A DNA stretch of 27,260 nucleotides from the IMG/VR virus record IMGVR_UViG_3300020045_003128, positions 1-27,260 of that record. One strand, 5' to 3'. The notes under the pieces were generated by a model that saw nothing but the letters and a program-made list of their open reading frames with translations, was not told the DNA's origin and searched no databases. The position numbers were made by a program, and so were the translations under genes. Within the stretch, counting starts at the first letter, position 1; the number at the start of each line of letters is the position of its first letter. This document shows positions 16,550 to 23,872 of this stretch, one piece after another. Source of the stretch: a virus (Duplodnaviria > Caudoviricetes).

Positions 16550-17215
16550 ATGTCACACTTTACAGTAATGGTTATTGGCGAAGACCCAGAGAAACAACTT
16601 GCGCCTTTTGATGAAAACTTAGAAATGTCTCGCTATGTGGCATACACAAAGCAACAACTAATTGAAAAGGGCAGAAAGGAAAACGAAGAGTATAAGGCTA
16701 GTATTTATGCGAAATTTTTAGCAGACCCCGAAAAGTATCGGGGCGAGTGTGCGGGCAACCCGGCACACATCAACTATGTAGAAAACGAGTTCCCGAAAAA
16801 ACTTGCATCCTCGGACGAGGAAGTGTATCAAGAGCAAATCAAGTATTACGAACCGGATGAAATAGGAAGCGATGGAGAAGTTTACTCAACACAAAATCCA
16901 AATGCAAAATGGGATTGGTATCAGTTAGGTGGACGATGGAGCGGAATGATAAAGCTGAAAGAAGGCGCAACCGGAATAATTGGTAAGCCTGGCGTTTTCA
17001 AAAATGATGTTGGCATTGACCAGGCGAAAAAGGCTGACATCGCAAATTTTGACGAACTGAATACGCTTGCGATAATCAAAGATGGCAACTGGTATGAACA
17101 AGGCCGAATGGGTTGGTTCGGAGTTATGCACAACGAAAAGCCCGAAGAGCAATGGGTAGATGAGTTCAAAAAACTTGTTGAATCATTGCCAGACGAAACA
17201 CTCATTTCAATTTAA
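16550..17215 (+). CDS. Conserved phage protein (MSHFTVMVIG...NPNAKWDWYQLGGRW type), probably ending at a premature TAA
   Basis: Recognisable W-rich motifs; the frame continues D-C-H-I to TGA17230. Confidence 0.75.
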   Translation: MSHFTVMVIGEDPEKQLAPFDENLEMSRYVAYTKQQLIEKGRKENEEYKASIYAKFLADPEKYRGECAGNPAHINYVENEFPKKLASSDEEVYQEQIKYYEPDEIGSDGEVYSTQNPNAKWDWYQLGGRWSGMIKLKEGATGIIGKPGVFKNDVGIDQAKKADIANFDELNTLAIIKDGNWYEQGRMGWFGVMHNEKPEEQWVDEFKKLVESLPDETLISI

Positions 17216-17226
17216 GATTGCCATAT

Positions 17227-17487
17227 ATGACCGACCCTCACGAACGCGAATGCGATTTCAAAACCTTTAGCGCACTTGCTTCAGGCGATGAGATTTCATT
17301 TCTGAAACGCACTATAAAACCTGAGACAGGAACGAAATTCTTTCTGCATGAAAAAGCAAATGTTTACTCAGAGGACATTGACATGGAAGTAATAGACAGA
17401 ACCGGAAGATGTATTTGTGTTGAGGTTGTTCATGTGCAGAAACCAGTATCTAATCAGTTGAACTTTTTAACCGTTCGCGCTATATGA
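17227..17487 (+). CDS. Hypothetical protein
   Basis: ATG17227 overlaps TGA17228-17230. Confidence 0.6.
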   Translation: MTDPHERECDFKTFSALASGDEISFLKRTIKPETGTKFFLHEKANVYSEDIDMEVIDRTGRCICVEVVHVQKPVSNQLNFLTVRAI

Positions 17488-17687
17488 GTTTCTCCAACCA
17501 CAAATTTGTCGACAAGCATTTGAACCATCCGCGCACGTTCGTGATTGAACTTTCAAATGGATTTTGGGGCAAGTACAAGAAAGTAACTGACAAAACAGAA
17601 GCTAAAACTTTCAAGACTTTCAACTCAGCGAGAGAGGAAGCAATCGAACATTTTGAGATACACCAATTTAAAATTCAGTCAATATGA
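17484..17687 (+). CDS. Hypothetical protein
   Basis: ATGA-coupled. Confidence 0.6.
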   Translation: MSFSNHKFVDKHLNHPRTFVIELSNGFWGKYKKVTDKTEAKTFKTFNSAREEAIEHFEIHQFKIQSI

Positions 17688-17911
17688 AAAATGTAATCAT
17701 GTATTCACAGGGGCTTGTTTCGGCAAGTGTATGCGCTGACAATTCACTTTCGGTTGAGGATGTCACAGCAGAAATAAACAAGACAAATCCAACGGGGCTT
17801 GATCACGGTTGGCAATTTGCTGATGGTGAAAATTTCCAAGACGGAAATGCGAATCCCTGCCCATGTAACCACTATGCGGATTCACGCAAACACTATTTAT
17901 TTCATTGCTGA
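17684..17911 (+). CDS. Small Cys/His-containing phage protein
   Basis: SVC...PTG..HGW...NPCPC...RKHYLFHC; ATGA-coupled. Confidence 0.65.
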   Translation: MKNVIMYSQGLVSASVCADNSLSVEDVTAEINKTNPTGLDHGWQFADGENFQDGNANPCPCNHYADSRKHYLFHC

Positions 17912-17942
17912 AAATAAATTTACTCCCACCACTAAGAATCTT

Positions 17943-17950
17943 TACTTTTG
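17943..17950 (+). promoter_or_regulatory. Sigma-A -7 element TACTTTTG
   Basis: Exact TAnnTTTG in the intergenic gap before the HTH gene; TTTA lies 20 nt upstream. Confidence 0.6.
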
Positions 17951-17965
17951 GCGAAAATTATTCAC

Positions 17966-18304
17966 ATGAACAAAATAAGAATTACAGCAGCGTTATACCA
18001 CTACAATCTGAAAACAGGAAAGACTATTCGGCAAAACGAACTGGCTGAAATGCTAGGAATCGGTGAGGCTATGGTTTCGCAGTGGGCGAACGGAATGAGA
18101 AAGTTTATCGAGATAAAACGCATTCACGAACTGTGTAAACTCTTACTGGTGGATGCGAATTTTCTTTTCGACATCAAACCAAAACCGAAAAAGAAAATCA
18201 CAGGAGTAGTCGGAGAAAGAATCGAAATCGCAAAAGTGAAAATCCTCTGCGACAATTTCAACGTGGATGCGAATAGTCTTTTCGGAATCAAACCAATGAA
18301 GTAA
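17966..18304 (+). CDS. XRE/Cro-like HTH regulator with a duplicated C-terminal segment
   Basis: QNELAEMLGIGEAMVSQWANG HTH; VDANFLFDIKP / VDANSLFGIKP repeat. Confidence 0.85.
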   Translation: MNKIRITAALYHYNLKTGKTIRQNELAEMLGIGEAMVSQWANGMRKFIEIKRIHELCKLLLVDANFLFDIKPKPKKKITGVVGERIEIAKVKILCDNFNVDANSLFGIKPMK

Positions 18305-18315
18305 ACAATTTCAAA

Positions 18316-19020
18316 ATGAAAACAAGAATAGAAATCAAAAACAGATGGACGGGTGCAATAATTTTTGAACTCGAAACCGAAAACAACTCAATCAAAAAAA
18401 CTTTACTGAAAGCGATTGAGGAAAAGAAAGACCTGAGTGATTCCAACCTGAGTGGTTCCAACCTGCGTGGTTCCAACCTGCGTGATTCCAACCTGAGTGG
18501 TTCCGACCTGCGTGATTCCGACCTGAGTGATTCCAACCTGAGTGGTTCCAACCTGAGTGATTCCAACCTGAGTGGTTCCGACCTGAGTGGTTCCGACCTG
18601 CGTGATTCCAACCTGCGTGGTTCCAACCTGAGTGGTTCCAACCTGAGTGATTCCAACCTGAGTGGTTCCGACCTGCGTGATTCCGACCTGGAGCCAATCA
18701 AGATTGATTTTTTCTACGTCCTTTTACATGCGATAAAAGAAGTTTCATTTTTGAAACAGAACCTTATTGATGGAAAAATTGATGGATCAACTTATGAGGG
18801 CGAATGTTCGTGTTTGAGCGGAACTGCTTTTCATGGTGCGGAAAAAAACAACGGGGTGCAAGAGCCGGAGCGAAAGCGAATAATCATGTCGTGTCGTGAT
18901 GCTAGCCGACCTGCTGAAAGATTCTTTTTGTGCATTCGCCCCGGTGATACTCCTGAAACGAATCAAGCCGCCAAAATCGTTTTTGACTGGATCGAAGAAT
19001 TTGAAAACTTAATCAAGTAA
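18316..19020 (+). CDS. Pentapeptide repeat protein
   Basis: 17 x (D/N)L(S/R)(D/G)S between an IEIKNRWTGAIIFE N-terminus and a GKIDGSTYEGECSCL.GT C-terminal domain. Confidence 0.92.
   Translation: MKTRIEIKNRWTGAIIFELETENNSIKKTLLKAIEEKKDLSDSNLSGSNLRGSNLRDSNLSGSDLRDSDLSDSNLSGSNLSDSNLSGSDLSGSDLRDSNLRGSNLSGSNLSDSNLSGSDLRDSDLEPIKIDFFYVLLHAIKEVSFLKQNLIDGKIDGSTYEGECSCLSGTAFHGAEKNNGVQEPERKRIIMSCRDASRPAERFFLCIRPGDTPETNQAAKIVFDWIEEFENLIK
18430..18690 (+). repeat. 15-bp tandem repeat RACCTGMGTGRTTCC x17 plus a partial unit
   Basis: Read directly; only three positions vary. Confidence 0.95.
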
Positions 19021-19031
19021 ACAAACAACAC

Positions 19032-19736
19032 ATGAGTACAGAAACAGACATCGAAATTATTGAAGCGGTTTCACCACAGGTGATTTACCAGCAAGACAAA
19101 GCACAAATTGACGTGCAAATTTCAACAGCGAAAGCCTATCCAAGAAACATTAAGCGGTCAACTGACAACTGCATCGCGATTGTTTCAATAGATCAGGATA
19201 CCGCCCAAACTTGCACCTATTCAGTACCGAGAGGGGGCAAGGCTATCACAGGCCCATCCGTTCACCTTGCAAAGATTCTTGCCCAACAGTGGCAGAACCT
19301 TCGTATTGAGGCGAAGGTGGTGGGGATAGATGCCACACACGTAACATCTGAGTCCGTGTGCTTTGATTTGGAAACCAACGTGGCCATTAAGACCCAGGTT
19401 AAAAGGTCAATCGTTGGCAGGGCTGGAAGGTTCAATGATGACATGATTACGGTTACCGGAAATGCTGGTAACTCTATTGCTTTGAGAAATGCAATCTTCG
19501 CAGTGATTCCGAGGCCGGTTGTTGATCGGGTTTACAAAGCCGCAAAGGACACAATCACAGGAGACGTTTCCGACAAGGCGAAATTGATTTTGAAACGAAA
19601 GCAAGTTTTCGACACTTTCAAAGAATCGCTTTCAGTGAGTGAAGCCGAGGTTCTTTCGGCTATTGGCAAAGCATCGCTTGACCATGTAACACCCGATGAT
19701 TTGGTTGTATTGATTGGAGGGAAGTGCCATAAATGA
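19032..19736 (+). CDS. Putative recombination / single-strand annealing protein, likely frameshifted near the 3' end
   Basis: IDVQISTAKAYPRN, YSVPRGGKAITGPSVHLA, SIALRNAIF motifs; sits upstream of an exonuclease; the +1 frame is open to TGA19821. Confidence 0.55.
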   Translation: MSTETDIEIIEAVSPQVIYQQDKAQIDVQISTAKAYPRNIKRSTDNCIAIVSIDQDTAQTCTYSVPRGGKAITGPSVHLAKILAQQWQNLRIEAKVVGIDATHVTSESVCFDLETNVAIKTQVKRSIVGRAGRFNDDMITVTGNAGNSIALRNAIFAVIPRPVVDRVYKAAKDTITGDVSDKAKLILKRKQVFDTFKESLSVSEAEVLSAIGKASLDHVTPDDLVVLIGGKCHK

Positions 19737-19817
19737 ATGGTCAGCAAAAATGAACTTAGTACAAGCTGCTGAAAAACTGATAGTTCACTTACAAAACTTG
19801 ATACTGGAGGCAAAGAA

Positions 19818-20540
19818 ATGAACTTCGACAAAACCCTTTTCCGTTGCTCCAGTCTTGGGCTGCTAATGACTGAGCCGCGCAGTAAAACAGAAACACTTTC
19901 CGAAACCACTAAAGGACATTTGATTGAATGTTTCGTCAGAGAAAAATACGGACGTGAAAAAGAATTCTCAAACAAGTTCGTTGAAAAAGGATTGGCTGTG
20001 GAAGAAGATTCGATCACACTTTTATTCCAGCACACGGGGAAGTATTTTGAAAAGAACGAAACGAGATTGAACAATGATTTTATCTCAGGACTTCCCGATT
20101 TGTTTGAATCAGAAAACCACGACATAAAAAATTCTCATTTGGTTATTGACATCAAAAGTTCATGGGATGTATTCACGTTCACGAAATCCAGGTTAGATGA
20201 TATTCTGAAAAACTACTACTGGCAATTACAAGGCTATATGGCTTTGACAAACGCCCCAAAATCGCAGTTGATTCATTGCCTGGTGAATACTCCCGAAACA
20301 ATTATCGCAGACGAAACACGAAGGATGTTTTGGAAAAGTGGAGTGATAGATGATTCTACTAAAGAAAACCAGGATGCGGCAGATCAACTTCGCAAGCAAA
20401 TGATTTACGATGACATTCCTATCGAAGAAAGAATCTTCATTCGTGATGTTGAACGAAATGATTCTGACATTGAACGAATGTACCAGCGAGTTTCTGAGTG
20501 CCGTAAATGGATGAATGAGAATTTCGGCCTTAACCCGTAG
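19818..20540 (+). CDS. YqaJ/lambda-exonuclease-like PD-(D/E)xK nuclease
   Basis: FRCSSLG, KG..VEE, SGLPD, DIKSSW, YYWQLQGYMALT. Confidence 0.85.
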   Translation: MNFDKTLFRCSSLGLLMTEPRSKTETLSETTKGHLIECFVREKYGREKEFSNKFVEKGLAVEEDSITLLFQHTGKYFEKNETRLNNDFISGLPDLFESENHDIKNSHLVIDIKSSWDVFTFTKSRLDDILKNYYWQLQGYMALTNAPKSQLIHCLVNTPETIIADETRRMFWKSGVIDDSTKENQDAADQLRKQMIYDDIPIEERIFIRDVERNDSDIERMYQRVSECRKWMNENFGLNP

Positions 20541-20575
20541 GCGCAAAATGGGAGAACTTTTTTAAAACAAACAAG

Positions 20576-20761
20576 ATGAAAATAACAATCGAGACATCAG
20601 CGAAAAATGTTGAAGCCGCCAACTACATTTTGGCGCAAGCAATCAAACAACTTACAGACAAGCCAGACGTAGCTAGGGCAATGGATGTTACACCAACTAT
20701 TTTAAAGGGAGCGGAAGCCTTACGTAAGTCAATGCTTGACGGATTATTTGCCGCACACTAA
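20576..20761 (+). CDS. Hypothetical protein
   Basis: A-rich start; co-oriented. Confidence 0.6.
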   Translation: MKITIETSAKNVEAANYILAQAIKQLTDKPDVARAMDVTPTILKGAEALRKSMLDGLFAAH

Positions 20762-20795
20762 AATCTTTTTCCTTGACTTCACAGAACTTGTAACT

Positions 20796-21050
20796 ATGGC
20801 AGAACACGAATTAAAAACATGGCCTGAATACTTCGATGAAGTGTACATGGACACGAAGGCTTTTGAAGTGCGTAAAAACGACCGTGACTTTAAAGTGGGC
20901 CAGACAATCAGGCTTCGAGAATTTGACCCAAAGCGAAATGAATACACTGGTAGAACATGCCTCAGATTCATAAGCTACATACTCGATGGCGGACAGTTTG
21001 GGGTTGAAAAAGGCTATGTGGTTTTATCACTAAAGAAAAAATTTTCCTGA
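20796..21050 (+). CDS. DUF3850 / ASCH-PUA-like protein
   Basis: HELKTWPEYF, K.FEVRKNDRDFKVG, LREFD..YTGR, GYVVLSL. Confidence 0.85.
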   Translation: MAEHELKTWPEYFDEVYMDTKAFEVRKNDRDFKVGQTIRLREFDPKRNEYTGRTCLRFISYILDGGQFGVEKGYVVLSLKKKFS

Positions 21051-21068
21051 CAATCGAAGAACTTGTAT

Positions 21069-21076
21069 TACTATTG
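21069..21076 (+). promoter_or_regulatory. Sigma-A -7 variant TACTATTG heading the replication operon
   Basis: Same GTATTACTATTG 12-mer as the promoter at 11795-11806. Confidence 0.55.
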
Positions 21077-21088
21077 GCCAATAATTCA

Positions 21089-21214
21089 CGGCAAGGCAAA
21101 ATGAAAAAGGTAATAGGAATAATGAATTTTCAAAGTGTTGTTTGGGCTGCTCCTGTTGCCATTGCCTTGCCGGTTTATGTCTTCTATTGCGGCCCCAACA
21201 CTTTGAAAGTTCAT
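21089..21214 (+). ncRNA. Putative cis-regulatory structured RNA leader (hairpin plus pseudoknot)
   Basis: Pairings: 21122-21140 with 21196-21214, 21144-21150 with 21189-21195, and 21089-21099 with 21162-21172. Confidence 0.65.
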
Positions 21215-21220
21215 GGCTAA
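21101..21220 (+). CDS. Possible 39-aa leader peptide
   Basis: MKKVIGIMNFQSVVWAAPVAIALPVYVFYCGPNTLKVHG; spans the hairpin and stops in ATGGCTAA, overlapping the next start. Confidence 0.35.
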   Translation: MKKVIGIMNFQSVVWAAPVAIALPVYVFYCGPNTLKVHG

Positions 21221-21425
21221 ACCAATTTTTCTTTTCGGGTTTCCTTTCGATACGGCTGATATGGAGCAGTTCAAAACCTACTTGACTAATTCTCAATTGG
21301 GGTCTGAATACCACATCATTTTTTACAACTCAACAAAGGTTGAGGGCAAGGTTCTGAATGCCGGAAGAAAGGCGGTGAATCTTAAAGAGATTGAAAAAAT
21401 TATTTCCAAAAAAGGCAATGGCTAA
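21213..21425 (+). CDS. Hypothetical protein, first gene of the replication operon
   Basis: Overlaps the initiator start (ATGGCTAA). Confidence 0.6.
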   Translation: MAKPIFLFGFPFDTADMEQFKTYLTNSQLGSEYHIIFYNSTKVEGKVLNAGRKAVNLKEIEKIISKKGNG

Positions 21426-22143
21426 GAAGTTTCACCAACCAGACTGGAAAGCTTTACGCAAGCTTGAACATAGCTTGCAGCTAGCTTCATTCTACCTTTG
21501 GGATAAGGCGGACGAAGCCGGTGTTTATGCCTACGATGAGGACTATTTAGCCCTCGATTTGAAAGAAGAAATTTCAATTGACAGGCTGGCCACAATTCCG
21601 GGCGTGGTGAAACTCGATTCCGGGCGGCTTTTTTTAACCGAATACATCCAAGTCAATTACGGCCAACTGAAGCCAAATTACAACCCTCACAAACCAGCAC
21701 TAAGGGCAATTGAAAAAAATCAACTGAGACAAATTTCAAGCTTAAACCAAGCTTGCTTCAAGCTTATTAAAGAAGAAGAAGATGTTATAGAAGATGTTAT
21801 AGAAGAAGCTAGAGAAGATGAAAATAAAGGGGCGAAAAAAAATGAACTTTTTCCAGCCGAACCGAAACCAAAATTCATCATTCCAACACCGGAAGAAGTT
21901 GCTGCGGAGTTCACCAAAAAAACTGGCAACACAACTTTGGCAAAAGAGTTTGCAGAAACTTTCATTGCCCACTACACGAACACCGGATGGACTTACGGCA
22001 AAGCAAAAACGAAAATGAAGTCATGGCAAGCGGCTTTGACCTCAGCATGGAACACACAGGAATTCATAAACAAACATTCAAATGGACAAACTAGACCAAA
22101 AGGAAGGGTTGAACCCTCAGGAAAAGAATTTGGCAAATGGTGA
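21418..22143 (+). CDS. Phage replication initiator (lambda-O-like role)
   Basis: YLWDKADEAGVY, IQVNYGQL..NYNPHK, an acidic linker, C-terminal F..PTPEEV...F..HY...GW..GK..MKSWQAA; upstream of a DnaC-like gene; internal iterons. Confidence 0.75.
   Translation: MAKKFHQPDWKALRKLEHSLQLASFYLWDKADEAGVYAYDEDYLALDLKEEISIDRLATIPGVVKLDSGRLFLTEYIQVNYGQLKPNYNPHKPALRAIEKNQLRQISSLNQACFKLIKEEEDVIEDVIEEAREDENKGAKKNELFPAEPKPKFIIPTPEEVAAEFTKKTGNTTLAKEFAETFIAHYTNTGWTYGKAKTKMKSWQAALTSAWNTQEFINKHSNGQTRPKGRVEPSGKEFGKW
21448..21491 (+). repeat. Four AGCTT-core repeats at 11-bp period
   Basis: AGCTT at 21450, 21461, 21472 and 21483. Confidence 0.75.
21735..21845 (+). other. Putative replication origin: three 11-bp iterons and a purine-rich tract
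   Basis: TTCAAGCTTAA / ACCAAGCTTGC / TTCAAGCTTAT (21735-21767), then AGAAGATGTTAT x2 in an A/G-rich run. Confidence 0.65.
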
Positions 22144-22867
22144 TATTCTCACCGAGGAAGAAAAAACGCAAGTGCTGAAAGAGGCTGCGCTGAAAAAGTC
22201 TGCGCGCATCAGCCTGGAAAATCATTGGGCTGATGTGAAGCGTGAACCAAAGGCTGAAACTTTCACCGCTGATGAATTGCGCGAAACAATTTTGGACATC
22301 GCAAAAGAGGACGGCTTGGAATTCAAAATTGATTCTGAGAACGAAAAGATTTGGAACCAACTCACGAACTATTTTTCAAACTCTGACAGGTTTGAAGAAA
22401 ACGGAATGTCACTGAAAAAAGGAATTCTGCTTTATGGTCCGGTGGGTTGTGGTAAAACATTTTTGATGCACGTACTCAGGCGCAACCCGAAAGGAACTTT
22501 TACGATTGTGGATTGCACAGACATAGAGGCAACGGCAGCAGACGGAAAGAAAGGCGGTGATGAGGCACTCAGGCAATACTTCACAGACCAGCCGATTAAG
22601 TACACAAACAAATTCGGACACACTGCGATAGGATGGTGCTTTGATGACTTGGGAACTGAGCCGGATGCAAGGCATTTCGGTAGCCAGATAAACGTGATGG
22701 AGCGAATCATTGAATGTCGGTATAAGAACAAATGTTTGACGCACATCATCACGAATCTAACCATCGAAGAAATCAAAGAGCGATATGGTATTCGCGTACT
22801 CGACCGGCTGAAAGAAATGTGCAACGCGATAAAATTTCCAGTGGCCACGAAGTCACGCAGAAAGTAG
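22082..22867 (+). CDS. DnaC/IstB-like AAA+ helicase loader
   Basis: Walker A GPVGCGKT, Walker B CFDDLGTE, HIITNL..EEI..RYG.RVLDRLKEM. Confidence 0.88.
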   Translation: MDKLDQKEGLNPQEKNLANGDILTEEEKTQVLKEAALKKSARISLENHWADVKREPKAETFTADELRETILDIAKEDGLEFKIDSENEKIWNQLTNYFSNSDRFEENGMSLKKGILLYGPVGCGKTFLMHVLRRNPKGTFTIVDCTDIEATAADGKKGGDEALRQYFTDQPIKYTNKFGHTAIGWCFDDLGTEPDARHFGSQINVMERIIECRYKNKCLTHIITNLTIEEIKERYGIRVLDRLKEMCNAIKFPVATKSRRK

Positions 22868-22888
22868 CAACCAACAACCCAAAATAAA

Positions 22889-23128
22889 ATGACAGCAGAA
22901 CAAAACAAAGAAGTCGGCAAGCTGATAACTCAGCGCACCAAGAAAGAATTTCAAATTAACGAACTGAGAAGACGCACTGAAGTAAAAGCCGATTCACTGC
23001 AAAAGGAAATTGACCAGTTCAACTTTCAGATTCGGGAGATAACTCACGCGGGGGAGTTTGAGATTGGAGAAATGTCGGAAATCAAAATGGACTTGAATAA
23101 AGTTGAACCAATAAAAACGGAAGAATGA
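22889..23128 (+). CDS. Coiled-coil hypothetical protein
   Basis: A-rich start; coupled to the next gene. Confidence 0.6.
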   Translation: MTAEQNKEVGKLITQRTKKEFQINELRRRTEVKADSLQKEIDQFNFQIREITHAGEFEIGEMSEIKMDLNKVEPIKTEE

Positions 23129-23367
23129 AACAGAAAATTGTTTACGAAACACAGTGGGTTGCGAAGGACAACCAAAAAGAATACCCTCACGGATGGGGCT
23201 TTACAGCACCGTTGGTAGAATTTCCACAAGATGCTGACCCTGTATGGTGCGCTGACATGTGCAGAAAGCATTTGAGTGATGAAGAATTTGAGTGCATTGG
23301 AGCAACCCCAAGAGGAGTTATCAATGGGCAATTTGCTTTTGAATATCCAAAGAATGAAAGTAGATAG
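23125..23367 (+). CDS. Hypothetical protein
   Basis: ATGA-coupled. Confidence 0.55.
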   Translation: MKQKIVYETQWVAKDNQKEYPHGWGFTAPLVEFPQDADPVWCADMCRKHLSDEEFECIGATPRGVINGQFAFEYPKNESR

Positions 23368-23872
23368 ATTCATTTGCATAGACCCCGGAGCCGGAGGAGG
23401 GATTGCTTTGTTCAGAGTTGGGCAAAGTCCTGAGGCTTCGTGTTTCAAGATGCTGGAGGTGAAAGTCTTTTCCGCATTTCTGAATCAGCAGAAGGAATGT
23501 GCTGAGTTGAAACGCGGCCAGTTGATTGTAATGATTGAACACCAGCAGGTTTTCAAATCTGATTCAGACGATGGTCGTCAGTTCGGAATGCAAAAGCTAC
23601 TTCAAAACTTCGCCCAACTGAAAGCGGCATGTGAAATCTGTGGTGTGAAATACTTTACGTGTATGCCTATCAGTTGGCAGAGCGGATTAGGAATGAAGCG
23701 AATCAAAAACGAGAGCAAGACGGACAGGAAGAATCGCTACAAAGCGAAAGCATCAGAGTATTTTCCTTACGTGAAAATCACTTTGCAAACGGCAGACGCT
23801 TTGTGCATGCTGAAATTTTTAGAAACGAAACTGAGGTTTGATTCTGAATGGGTAACATCGAAACTGAAATGA
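23354..23872 (+). CDS. RuvC-like Holliday junction resolvase
   Basis: ICIDPGAGGGIA, IEHQ, P.SWQ, ADAL; ATG23354 preferred. Confidence 0.8.
   Translation: MKVDRFICIDPGAGGGIALFRVGQSPEASCFKMLEVKVFSAFLNQQKECAELKRGQLIVMIEHQQVFKSDSDDGRQFGMQKLLQNFAQLKAACEICGVKYFTCMPISWQSGLGMKRIKNESKTDRKNRYKAKASEYFPYVKITLQTADALCMLKFLETKLRFDSEWVTSKLK

Noticed and set aside
17213-17215. Genome-wide stop-codon reassignment
   Set aside because: Single case; TAA, TAG and TGA all end genes normally elsewhere, often with coupled starts or terminators.
18430-18690. CRISPR array or DGR variable region
   Set aside because: The units are contiguous 15-mers without spacers and lie in frame in a pentapeptide protein. No cas gene, reverse transcriptase or template repeat is in the window.
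18288-18701. Minus-strand repetitive ORFs (LESLR..., WNHSG...)
   Set aside because: Shadow frames of the stop-free tandem repeat.
22269-22287. Hammerhead-like CTGATGA...GAAAC
   Set aside because: No stem II can form between the motifs and it lies within the DnaC-like coding sequence.
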